The position numbers and the translations under genes were made by a program. A DNA stretch of 25,965 bases from Okeania sp. (GTDB lineage: Bacteria; Cyanobacteriota; Cyanobacteriia; Cyanobacteriales; Microcoleaceae). Below, piece by piece: positions 14,677 to 23,313 of the stretch (position 1 is the first letter of the stretch; each line of letters opens with the position of its first letter). Location of the stretch: assembly GCF_035285525.1 (NCBI RefSeq), contig NZ_JAYKGW010000081.1:1-25965 (forward strand), given 5' to 3'. Under the pieces are notes generated by a model. It worked only from the letters and a program-made list of their open reading frames with translations, ran no database searches and was not told the DNA's origin.

Positions 14677-17094
14677 CTAAACTAATCTTTTTAAAGTTTC
14701 TAAAAGAACTTCTTGATTAAAATTATCTTTAGGAATGTAAGCATTAGCTCCTAATTCTGCACCTTTTTGTTTATCTTGATTAGAGGATAAAGATGTTACT
14801 AAAATAATAGGTAATTCACTATATTTTTTATTCTCTCTAATTTTAGAAGTTAAACTAAAACCATCCAAATTAGGCATTTGTACATCAGAAACTACTGCAT
14901 CAACAGAGCGAGTTTGTAACTTATTAAAAGCATCTAATCCATCAATTGCCGTAATAACTTCATAACCAGCACTTTCCAAAATTCTTTTCTCTTGAGTTCT
15001 GGTAGAAATAGAATCTTCTGCTAATAAAATTACAGATTTTTTATTAATTATTTCAACTTCTGCTAATTTATTACTTGACTCCTGAATAAATTGAGAAGTA
15101 TTAATAGATGTAGATATTTTCCGCGCTGACTTAAGCAAATCTTGAGGATTTAAAACCATACAAACATCACCAGTACCAAGAATAGTTGCACCAGCAATAT
15201 TTCTCACCCGTTTCAATAATTTACTTTGGGGTTTAAGTACAACATCTTGCTCATCAATTAAACTATCAACAAATAATCCTAATTTTTCATTTCCTACTTT
15301 TAAAATAATGCAAGGTTTCTCTATTTCATTAGCAACTTTCTCCTGATTAATAACTGAAACTTCTAGCAAATCTGCAAGTTGAGCAACAGATACTGGTTCA
15401 TTATTAAAAATAATAGTATCCCTACCTTCAATAGTAAAAATTGATGCTGTAGAAACTATGAAAGTTGTTTTAACAGACTCAACTGGCAAAGCATAATAAG
15501 TATTTTCAATTCCTACAATTAATACATTTATTGTAGCGAGGGAAGCACTTAATACTACTTTGATAGAACATCCTTTTTTGGGCTGAGATTCTATAGAAAT
15601 ATTTCCTTTTAATTCTTCTACATTTGTCTTAACTACATCTAAACCGACACCTCTACCAGAAACTTCAGTAACAAATTTTTTAGTAGAAAATCCAGGGGTA
15701 AAAATTAGAGATTGAATTTGTATTTGTGTCATATACTCTAATTCATATTCATTACAAATACCCTGTTTTATTGCTGTTTTAGTAATTTCGTTAATATCTA
15801 AACCCCGACCATCATCTATCACTTCAATTATTACATTAGTTGCAGTATTATATGCTCTTAATTTAATTGTAGCGACTTCTGATTTTCCTAACTTTTTACG
15901 TTCTTCAGGTGTTTCAATTCCATGATCTATAGCATTACGAATTATGTGCATTAAAGGGTCTTTCATCTGTTCAATAATTCGCTTATCTGCTTTAGTATTT
16001 CCCCCTTCAATTATTAGTTCTACTTTTTTACCTTCTTGTCTAGCTAAATCTCTGACAACTCGGGGGAACATATTAAAAATAGTAGATAAAGGTAGCATTC
16101 GCAGAGTACGAACTCCCATTTCTATTTCATTACTAATTAAGTCAAGTTTAGCCACATCTTCATAGATGGAATTTCTGAGATTATTAATTAATAGCCCTAG
16201 CTTTTCTAGTTGTTCTTCGGCTCGATGATGATAACTTTGTAATTGTTTAATTGAGTAATCATTAATAGTGGTGCTATTACTAACATTTATATCATGGATA
16301 ATAAAGCGATTTCTAAACGTATCTCTACTCCAGTCTTCCCACAAATTTGCGATTTCTTCTATTTTTGCTACTCGGTGAGCAAGTCGAATTTGAGTGACAG
16401 TTAATTCCCCAGTTTGAGTCATCAAAGAATCTAAATTTCGAGTCGGTACGCGGACTGTTTCAATATGGTAAGAATTTGATGAAGTATGGGAAGATTGAAT
16501 GCTAAGATTAGTTTCATTTTTAGTGAGAGATAAAGCTGATTTAGAAGTTATTTTTTCTTTATTGTCTGGAGCTTTTTCTGCTGTTGTTTCTAATTCTATA
16601 TTTGAGGATGATAAATCATTTTCATTGATTTTTTCTGCTTCTACAGAAGTATAATTAATAGTATTTTCTTGAGGATTTGAATTAGTTTTATTTTCTGTTT
16701 TTGATTGGGGATTAAGATTTTTAGCACCCATCAAATTTGCTAAGACATGAACAGTATTAATACCTGATGGTTCTCCAGTAACTGCCTCTTGTACAAGTTT
16801 ATAAATAGCATCTAATCCAAGTGAAAGGCGATCGCTTATTTCTGGAGAGATAGTTTTTTCTCCTCGTTTAATTTCTCCTAATAAATGTTCTATTTGATGA
16901 GCAATTTGAGATACATCTCTAACTCCTAACATTCCAGCATCACCTTTTAAACTGTGAGCTTCTCGTAATAATTCTTCTAATTTTTCTAAGTCTTTTGGAT
17001 ATTTTTCTAAGTATAAAAAACCTTCCTCAAGCTTTTGGATATGTTCTTCGCTTGCTGTTTGAAATACTTCCCGAAGTTCAGCATCTTCAATCAT
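14677..17094 (-). CDS. cheA: hybrid chemotaxis histidine kinase CheA (Hpt, long dimerisation region, HATPase, CheW-like P5, C-terminal receiver)
   Basis: Hpt with EAHSLKGDAGMLG. Low-complexity N/S/T/E linker. Dimerisation helix TVRVPTRNLDSLMTQTGELTVTQ. N box HIIRNAIDHGIE, G1 DDGRGLD, G2 GRGVGLDVV. CheW-like NVLIVGIENTYYALPVESV...GATILGTGDVCMVLN. REC ILLAEDS...VVSDVQMPNLDG...AYIPK. 805 aa. Confidence 0.9.
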   Translation of the reverse strand: MIEDAELREVFQTASEEHIQKLEEGFLYLEKYPKDLEKLEELLREAHSLKGDAGMLGVRDVSQIAHQIEHLLGEIKRGEKTISPEISDRLSLGLDAIYKLVQEAVTGEPSGINTVHVLANLMGAKNLNPQSKTENKTNSNPQENTINYTSVEAEKINENDLSSSNIELETTAEKAPDNKEKITSKSALSLTKNETNLSIQSSHTSSNSYHIETVRVPTRNLDSLMTQTGELTVTQIRLAHRVAKIEEIANLWEDWSRDTFRNRFIIHDINVSNSTTINDYSIKQLQSYHHRAEEQLEKLGLLINNLRNSIYEDVAKLDLISNEIEMGVRTLRMLPLSTIFNMFPRVVRDLARQEGKKVELIIEGGNTKADKRIIEQMKDPLMHIIRNAIDHGIETPEERKKLGKSEVATIKLRAYNTATNVIIEVIDDGRGLDINEITKTAIKQGICNEYELEYMTQIQIQSLIFTPGFSTKKFVTEVSGRGVGLDVVKTNVEELKGNISIESQPKKGCSIKVVLSASLATINVLIVGIENTYYALPVESVKTTFIVSTASIFTIEGRDTIIFNNEPVSVAQLADLLEVSVINQEKVANEIEKPCIILKVGNEKLGLFVDSLIDEQDVVLKPQSKLLKRVRNIAGATILGTGDVCMVLNPQDLLKSARKISTSINTSQFIQESSNKLAEVEIINKKSVILLAEDSISTRTQEKRILESAGYEVITAIDGLDAFNKLQTRSVDAVVSDVQMPNLDGFSLTSKIRENKKYSELPIILVTSLSSNQDKQKGAELGANAYIPKDNFNQEVLLETLKRLV

Positions 17095-17109
17095 AATTAG
17101 TTATAAATT

Positions 17110-17144
17110 ATTAGTTATATATTATTAGTTATTAGTTATCAGTA
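17110..17144 (+). repeat. heptamer tandem repeat (ATTAGTT-type, 5 units), STRR-like
   Basis: attagtt atatatt attagtt attagtt atcagta, located 16 nt upstream (in gene sense) of the cheA start codon. Confidence 0.7.
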
Positions 17145-17203
17145 AGACTGACGCCAAGCAACCAAAAAACTGGGTTTATTGTCGTGATATTGCTGATAAA
17201 TTC

Positions 17204-17243
17204 AGGAACTTTCCGCAAAGAAACCCGGTTTCTGCGTAAGTCC
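17204..17243. repeat. SDR family C-type unit enclosing the AGAAACCCGGTTTCT palindrome
   Basis: AGGAACTTtCcGCA-AAGAAACCCGGTTTCT-GCGTAAGTCCc, related to 11088-11137 and 7675-7763. Confidence 0.6.
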
Positions 17244-17292
17244 CGATCGGTTATTATTTTGAGTGCATCTCATATTCCCAAAAATACTTTTT

Positions 17293-17383
17293 TTCCTATT
17301 CCTTATTTCCTATTTCCTATTCCTTATTTCCTATTTCCTATTCCCTTTTTCCTGTTACCTGTTCCCTATTCTCTGTTCCCTAT
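17293..17383 (+). repeat. heptamer tandem array, 13 units of TTCCTAT/TCCTTAT/TCCCTAT type
   Basis: Ends 1 nt before the stop codon (17385-17387) of the Cache-MCP. In mRNA sense it reads AUAGGAA/AUAGGGA repeats. This array explains the spurious ORF 17184-17570 (FPIPYFLFPIPYFLFPIP). Confidence 0.85.
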
Positions 17384-17384
17384 T

Positions 17385-19280
17385 TTAAACTATAGTTTTA
17401 AGTTTAAGTGCTGCTTCATAAAGTTTTTGAGTATTAGTTGTAACTTGGGAAATTCCCTGAGCTGTTTCCGCAACACCATAGTTAAGATTATTCATAGATT
17501 TAATCACCTTTTGAATAGCAACTTTTTGCTGTTCAGTATTATGATAAATTTCCTGATTACTAGCAAATAAATCAGAGACAACTGCTGTTAAATTTTGAAA
17601 AGTATTAGCAGTTTCTTGAGCTGTTTTAATAGTAGCATCTACTGTATTTTTGCCTTCATTTGTTACCTTTATATTAGAGTTAATTGCGGTTTTAATTTCT
17701 GGCACAATAGCATTAATTTTTTTTGCAGCTTCAGAACTTTTATCTGCTAATTTCCGAATTTCTTTAGCAACAACAGCAAATCCAGCACCTTCCTCTCCAG
17801 CTCGTATAGCTTCGACTGCAGCATTTAAAGCTAAAATATTAGTTTGCATTGCTAAAGAACTTACTAAATTTGCTAAAGCAGAAATATTACCAATTTGACT
17901 TGTTTGTTCACCAAGTTCCTGATTTTGTTGAGTAATACTATTAACAGTTTCTCTCAAATTATGCATTTGGGCAAAAGTTTTTTCTACCATTTTATTACCT
18001 TCTTCAGCTAAAGTTAAAGCTTTACTTGCTGCTACTGCAACTGATTCTGCTTTTTGAGATATTTCTTGAGAAGCTTGACCTAGAGTAGTAATATTATTAT
18101 TAGTTTCATTTGCCACTAATGACTGTTCAGATGTAATCTTTTCTTGGTGATTCATTGTAGACAGTATATTATGGGAAAAATTAGATACATTATTAATCAT
18201 ATTTCTGACTATTTTAGCTATATTAATTATATTCAACCACCCAATAGATAAAAAAGTTATTAGGGATAAAAATACAACTATCAAGGCAATATTTCTAAAA
18301 TTGTTTACTGTAGCAAATACAATTTTGTTCGGCAAATCATAAACTATAACTAAAAAGTTATTAGCATGGCTTTGTCCTAAAAGAATAGTGTTGTAAGCAA
18401 TCACCATATCTACATCATTAACAATGTAACTTTGACCTCCAGATAAAATTTGATTAGTTACTTTTTCTGAATAATATTTTTGAATTTTTTCATCCCTATT
18501 TAATTCAAAACCCCATTCTCTTTCTGCTTCAGGATGAGATAAATAGTAACCATCTTGATTAATAATAAAAGCTGTACCAAAATTGCTTTTGTTGTCTTCT
18601 TTTATTTGTTGGAAAACACGCTCAACTAGCAAGTTGCCAATTATTATTCCTTTTTGTTTACCATCGGTGGCAAAAATAGGAGTAGCATATCTAATTGTTG
18701 GTTTGTAGGGAACTTCTATTTTTCCTCTTTCGCGATTAAGATTCAAAGGCGAAACATAGACTTCACCAAAGTTAAGTTTCATTGTTTCTATAAAATAGTC
18801 TCGATTTGCTTTATTTTGTAATTGTTTTTTAGGAATAGTTTCGATAATCAATCCATCAGAATCTACCCTTACCATTTCATTGCCATTTTCATCTAAATAA
18901 CGTAACTGCATATAGTATGGTTTCCCTTGCATAAATGCTGTAAATATTGCGCTTAATCTTTCTACCCAAATATCATAAGTAGAATTATCTTTTGGGTCTA
19001 TTCCTGTGTTATTTCTAGCTCTAACAATTCCTTGAATTGGCGGTACTTTACTAATAAATAAAATATCAGAACTAATACTTTTTAAGTAGTTAACAATTTG
19101 TTCTGTACTATCATTGACTTTAGCTTGAAGATTACTTTTAGCCAAATCCTGTAAAGCATTGGTAGCAGTATTAATACTATAACCACCTACTATTAATAAA
19201 GGAATAATCATACTAAAAAATAGAACTATAATAATTTTATATTGTATTTTTATCAAAACATTATTAATCATATTTAACAT
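17385..19280 (-). CDS. methyl-accepting chemotaxis protein with a large Cache-type periplasmic sensor
   Basis: TM1 [19 protein letters not shown]. The ~290-aa periplasmic region ([12 protein letters not shown]...[19 protein letters not shown]...[29 protein letters not shown]...) has a double-Cache look. TM2 [19 protein letters not shown]. Signalling tip [33 protein letters not shown]. The exact start is ambiguous because of several nearby ATGs. Confidence 0.85.
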   Translation of the reverse strand: MLNMINNVLIKIQYKIIIVLFFSMIIPLLIVGGYSINTATNALQDLAKSNLQAKVNDSTEQIVNYLKSISSDILFISKVPPIQGIVRARNNTGIDPKDNSTYDIWVERLSAIFTAFMQGKPYYMQLRYLDENGNEMVRVDSDGLIIETIPKKQLQNKANRDYFIETMKLNFGEVYVSPLNLNRERGKIEVPYKPTIRYATPIFATDGKQKGIIIGNLLVERVFQQIKEDNKSNFGTAFIINQDGYYLSHPEAEREWGFELNRDEKIQKYYSEKVTNQILSGGQSYIVNDVDMVIAYNTILLGQSHANNFLVIVYDLPNKIVFATVNNFRNIALIVVFLSLITFLSIGWLNIINIAKIVRNMINNVSNFSHNILSTMNHQEKITSEQSLVANETNNNITTLGQASQEISQKAESVAVAASKALTLAEEGNKMVEKTFAQMHNLRETVNSITQQNQELGEQTSQIGNISALANLVSSLAMQTNILALNAAVEAIRAGEEGAGFAVVAKEIRKLADKSSEAAKKINAIVPEIKTAINSNIKVTNEGKNTVDATIKTAQETANTFQNLTAVVSDLFASNQEIYHNTEQQKVAIQKVIKSMNNLNYGVAETAQGISQVTTNTQKLYEAALKLKTIV

Positions 19281-19317
19281 ATAAGTAGTCCTGCAAAATT
19301 AATTTCCTAGTATAAAT

Positions 19318-19376
19318 AGGGAACACTTAATTGGGAACAGGACATAAGGGAAAAGAATTGATGATTTTTTCATAAT
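19318..19376 (-). mobile_element. internal fragment of MITE family B
   Basis: agggaacacttaattgggaacagg...aagaattgatgatttt..cataat aligns with 22080-22150. Neither TIR is present. Confidence 0.5.
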
Positions 19377-19631
19377 AGCAGATATAATATAATGTGTAAT
19401 TAGAGCTTGCTAATTAAATTTCAAAGCATTTAGAGATATAGATTTGAACAATTTTAGGTGCTGATTTCTTGGGAACCATAAAAGTACCAGTTTTTCGGTT
19501 GATGGAGGGGAAAAAGTGAACCTAAATGGAGTAATTATGACAGAAAAATTAAGGAGGAATTCGCAGTTGATTTCTAGTTTTTGAATTATTTCAACCTATT
19601 TAAGATTGCTATAATTCTTTCTTCCTATTTC

Positions 19632-19652
19632 CTACTCCCTACTCCCTACTCC
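19632..19652 (+). repeat. heptamer tandem repeat (CTACTCC)x3, STRR-like
   Basis: Ends 2 nt before the stop codon (19655-19657) of the MCP at 19655-21106. It is the same heptamer as behind cheB. Confidence 0.8.
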
Positions 19653-19654
19653 CT

Positions 19655-21106
19655 TCATACAATAGACTTTAACTCTGTACTAACTTCATTAAGCTTTTGA
19701 ATCCCTTGTTGAGTTTGTCCTAAACCAGTTGCTGTTTCTTGTGCTCCAGTATTTAATTCATTCATGGCATCCACTACTTGCTTAATAGCGATCGCTTGTT
19801 GTTTAATATTAAGAGAAATTTGCTGATTATTTAATACCACATTATTAATTGCCTCTTTAACACCATTAAAAGTTGTCGCTGTTTGTTGAGCAATTTTCAC
19901 TCCTAATTCGACATTTTTTGTTCCTGCTTCTGTTGCCATAACTGTAGAATTAATTGATGTTTGAATATCAGAAACTAAGGTATAAATTTTTTCTGCAGAC
20001 TTTCTACTTTCATCAGCTAATTTACGAATTTCACTAGCAACCACACCAAAACCTTTACCATATTCTCCAGCACGAACCGCTTCTACTGCTGCATTTAAAG
20101 CCAACATATTAGTTTGATTAGCTAAGTCACTAACAAGCTGAGAAATATTACCAATTTGATTTGTTTGTTCACTTAAACGAGTAATTTGTTGAGCGATCGC
20201 CTCTACTTTTTCACTCAAAGATGCCATACTTTCTAAACTTGTATCTACCGCTTCTGTTCCTTCTTCAGCTAAACTTAAAGCTTGTTTAGCTGCTGTTGCT
20301 CCGGCTTCTGCTTGTTCTGCTGTTGCTTGAGAAGAAGCACCTAATTCATCCATAGTTGTAGTAGTTTCATTTACAGAGGTAGCTTGTTGAGCAGCAGTAC
20401 GTTCTTGTTCATTTATTGTCTCAGAAATTCCTGTAGAAAAAGCGACTATATTTTCAGTTATTGTTTTGATTTTTTGACTAAAATTACCTGTAATTAACAA
20501 TGCCATCATTATGACAATAACTATCAACAATATCGAACCTATACTGAGTAACCATAACAATATAATTAGATTTTTTTTAGTTTGTTCTGTTTCTGTTTCT
20601 AGTAGCTCTCTCTCTCCAGTTATAAGTTCATTACTTAATCTGTCAAATTCATCTAGTAATTGTTGACCTTGTAAAGTATTAAATAAAGCCACAGCTTCAG
20701 TTTGTTTACCATCTTTTACCAATTGAATAACTTGATCTGCAAAATATTTAAAATCATTTTTATCTTGCTCCATTTCTTGTAAAATTTTTTTGTATTCATC
20801 AATACTAATTGATTCCTTAAGAGACTGAATATTTGCATCTAAGGAGTTTGAAGCTTGATTATATTCGTTAATAAATATACCGTTTCGACTAGCTAGATAA
20901 CTAAGAAAATTACTAACTATTTTTTCTTCATTTAATGTCATCTTATTTATATCGAGAACTAAAGTTTGTACTCTAGCAACTTCTTTTAAAGTATCAAATA
21001 CTTTATTAGCAGTTCTATAAACTATTCCTCCTAATCCTAGAAATAAAATTACTGGCACTATATATCCTAATAAGAAAATGTTTCTGAATGTTATTTTTTT
21101 CCACAT
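19655..21106 (-). CDS. methyl-accepting chemotaxis protein with a helical (4HB-type) periplasmic sensor
   Basis: TM1 IFLLGYIVPVILFLGLGGIV. ~150-aa helical periplasmic region. TM2 LIILLWLLSIGSILLIVIVIMMALLI. Canonical tip [33 protein letters not shown]. 483 aa. Confidence 0.85.
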   Translation of the reverse strand: MWKKITFRNIFLLGYIVPVILFLGLGGIVYRTANKVFDTLKEVARVQTLVLDINKMTLNEEKIVSNFLSYLASRNGIFINEYNQASNSLDANIQSLKESISIDEYKKILQEMEQDKNDFKYFADQVIQLVKDGKQTEAVALFNTLQGQQLLDEFDRLSNELITGERELLETETEQTKKNLIILLWLLSIGSILLIVIVIMMALLITGNFSQKIKTITENIVAFSTGISETINEQERTAAQQATSVNETTTTMDELGASSQATAEQAEAGATAAKQALSLAEEGTEAVDTSLESMASLSEKVEAIAQQITRLSEQTNQIGNISQLVSDLANQTNMLALNAAVEAVRAGEYGKGFGVVASEIRKLADESRKSAEKIYTLVSDIQTSINSTVMATEAGTKNVELGVKIAQQTATTFNGVKEAINNVVLNNQQISLNIKQQAIAIKQVVDAMNELNTGAQETATGLGQTQQGIQKLNEVSTELKSIV

Positions 21107-21172
21107 AAATTTTTTCTTTTGTCCTTAATTAGTTAATTAGAATTTGCTGATTAAATATAAAGTAAGCATTCA

Positions 21173-21272
21173 TATATAATCCGGTTACAAGTGTATATGT
21201 TCATAATTTTATCTACACTTCAATCTCCTCATCTCCCACAACTATATAACGAGTATTCAACCGGATTTTATG
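21173..21272. mobile_element. MITE family E copy (TATATAATCCGGTT ... AACCGGATTTTATG termini)
   Basis: Imperfect inverted termini at 21173-21186 and 21259-21272. The internal gtgtatatgttcat recurs inverted at 7911-7922. TATAGAATCCGG-type ends also occur at 4903-4915, 7931-7946 and 25716-25730. Confidence 0.55.
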
Positions 21273-22060
21273 TCAGATCAGCAGTCAGCTGCGTCGGCTA
21301 TTATGTGCGCAATAAAATCTTTATAAATATTGCTCCCAAACCAGATTTCTTTGAACTTAAATATTGATTCATTTAAACACTATTTAAGACCGAACAATTT
21401 TGTTGCTGTTGGCGCTGCATTCCACAGAAAATGCTGACAATATCAAAACATTGATAGATCAAAAATTAGCTTTTTTTTAAGGTGTAAAAAAGTCTGCTTG
21501 TTTGACCTATTTAGAATCAAGAAAGTTACAGCGGATTCCACCAGAAGTGAGGTACGCCTACGGGAGCAAGATGTCCGCACTGAAAATAGTTTATTATTAA
21601 CATCTGTACTTGATATACTTGGAATCTGCTGTAGGATTTTTGGCAACAGTTGGGCAACAAAATTTACCTAAAAATCAAGGTATAAAACCTCTCCATTTAT
21701 GGAGAAAAAAGAAAAAAATTCATTTTCACCAATCCTCTTTTTTATAAGAAAAAATAATTATAACATTTCCCAGGTTATTCAGCAATTAACAATGAAAAAA
21801 TTAATAATTACCCTTTCTTAAAAGAAGGGGATTAACTAAAAGGAATTTTTTTTATTTATCCCCTGAAAAGGGGAGGCCTCCAGGTGTGAATTGTTAAATC
21901 AATAATTATCGACTATAAACTCTTGATTGTTAATTATTAACTATTAATTTTTTGGTAAGGTATAGTTCTGGATATATTCTCTAGCCTTGAAAGGGGGGCA
22001 CTGAAAGTTATCCTTAAAAAGGAGGAGCATTAATGTACCTCACCAGCTTGAAAAATGCTA

Positions 22061-22181
22061 TATTAATTATTAGACATCTCCATAAAAGAGGGAACGCTTA
22101 ACTGGGAAAAGGGAGCAGAAAGAAAGAATTGATAATTTATGGATAATAATTGATTGGAGCTTTTATTTTTAGAGATGTCTA
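22061..22181 (-). mobile_element. MITE family B copy (121 bp)
   Basis: TAGACATCTCCA (22061-22072) ... AGAGATGTCTA (22171-22181). The interior is the reverse complement of the 7788-7905 copy. It ends 14 nt from the queC stop codon. Confidence 0.75.
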
Positions 22182-22195
22182 TTAATTATTAATTA

Positions 22196-22864
22196 TTACA
22201 TCACCGGATCTGTTAATCCTAATTCCTCAAAAGCAGTCAACCTTAACTGACAAGAATCACAGACACCACAAGGTTTATCTCCACCTGCATAACAAGACCA
22301 AGTTTTTTCCCAAGGTACTCCTAAACTATTCCCCAATTGAATAATCTCTGTTTTTTTCATCTCCATCAGTGGAGCAACAATAGCGATCGCTTCTCCTTCT
22401 CTCCCCTGTTTCGTTCCTAGTCGAAACACCTCTTGCATTGCTTGAATATAGTCAGGACGACAATCTGGATAACCAGAATAGTCTAAAGCGTTCACTCCAA
22501 TATAGACTCGACTCGCATTTACAACTTCTGCATAAGCGAGGGCAAAACTAAGAAAAATAGTATTTCGTGCTGGAACATAAGTAATCGGAATATTTTGTGA
22601 CATTTCCTCAACCGAGCGATCGCTAGGCAAATCTATTTGATTATCTGTTAATGCGGAACCTCCCCATAATCTTAAGTCAAAATTAACCATCTGATGTTCT
22701 ATTACACCCAAAGTATCAGCAATTTTTTTAGCTGATTCTAATTCTCGACGGTGGCGTTGTTGATAGTCAAACGATATAGCATAACATTCACAACCATCTG
22801 CCTTTGCTTGATACAAAACTGTTGAGGAATCTAATCCTCCTGATAATAAAATAACTGCTTTCAT
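22196..22864 (-). CDS. queC: 7-cyano-7-deazaguanine synthase
   Basis: PP-loop MKAVILLSGGLDSST. YVPARNTIFL. C-terminal zinc-binding cysteines CYAG...CGVCDSCQLR. 222 aa, typical QueC length. Confidence 0.9.
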   Translation of the reverse strand: MKAVILLSGGLDSSTVLYQAKADGCECYAISFDYQQRHRRELESAKKIADTLGVIEHQMVNFDLRLWGGSALTDNQIDLPSDRSVEEMSQNIPITYVPARNTIFLSFALAYAEVVNASRVYIGVNALDYSGYPDCRPDYIQAMQEVFRLGTKQGREGEAIAIVAPLMEMKKTEIIQLGNSLGVPWEKTWSCYAGGDKPCGVCDSCQLRLTAFEELGLTDPVM

Positions 22865-22923
22865 TATTAATTTCTTATTTGAGAGAGGGAACAGGTAGGA
22901 GTTTCGCGAGTTTTTTATAAATC

Positions 22924-22969
22924 AGGACTTACGCCAAGGTACTATATCTATGGTTGCTCCGTAAGTCCT
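22924..22969. repeat. SDR family C minimal unit (AGGACTTACGCc ... cCGTAAGTCCT)
   Basis: 46-bp element with the same termini as 7675-7763. Confidence 0.6.
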
Positions 22970-22980
22970 ACTATGCTATG

Positions 22981-23072
22981 AGGACTGACCCAGGGGAACC
23001 CAGAAACCCGGTACGAGGGTAGATGTTTATTGTCAAAAACAATGATTTACTTTCTTAACCGGGTTTCTTTGC
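22981..23072. repeat. SDR family C-type unit carrying the 4492-4557 cargo
   Basis: AGGACTgAC ... CAGAAACCCGGT ... agatgtttattgtcaaaaacaatgatttac ... ACCGGGTTTCTTTGCGTAAGcCCT. Confidence 0.6.
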
Positions 23073-23313
23073 GTAAGCCCTGTGTTATGATATATATTTA
23101 TGACTAAAATAGCAACATCTAAGCAATGACCACAGCTTTCATTCTGTGAAGCATCCAGAAAGATGTCAAAAAAAAGTATATCATATACTTAATTTATGAT
23201 AAATTGATGTATGTAGCTATACATAATTTTTTTTTATTCAACACTAAAAGTATGATATATCAACCCAGTTTCTACAAATATAAGGTTTGCTGAATAAGCC
23301 TCTTAGTGAGGCA

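Noticed and set aside
14611-14679. Stop-codon read-through extension of CheA: the mini-ORF MKREIFKKMRKS is in frame with cheA after its TAG, giving …KRLV*EGGNKKEEGMKREIFKKMRKS
   Set aside because: Being in frame has a one-in-three chance. There is no known read-through context and the extension has no recognisable function. It is mentioned only within the repeat finding.
17184-17570. 128-aa plus-strand ORF (…FPIPYFLFPIPYFLFPIPFFLLPVPYSLFPI…)
   Set aside because: It is a translation of the heptamer tandem array and of the antisense 3' end of the Cache-MCP, not a gene.
22865-22960. Possible preQ1 riboswitch in the queC leader (minus strand)
   Set aside because: The leader (…ttataaaaaactcgcgaaactcctacctgttccctctctcaaataagaaattaataATG) has an A-rich patch. 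I could not find the short P1 hairpin plus conserved loop/tail arrangement of preQ1-I or preQ1-II, and part of the region is an SDR repeat. A covariance-model scan would be needed to reopen this.
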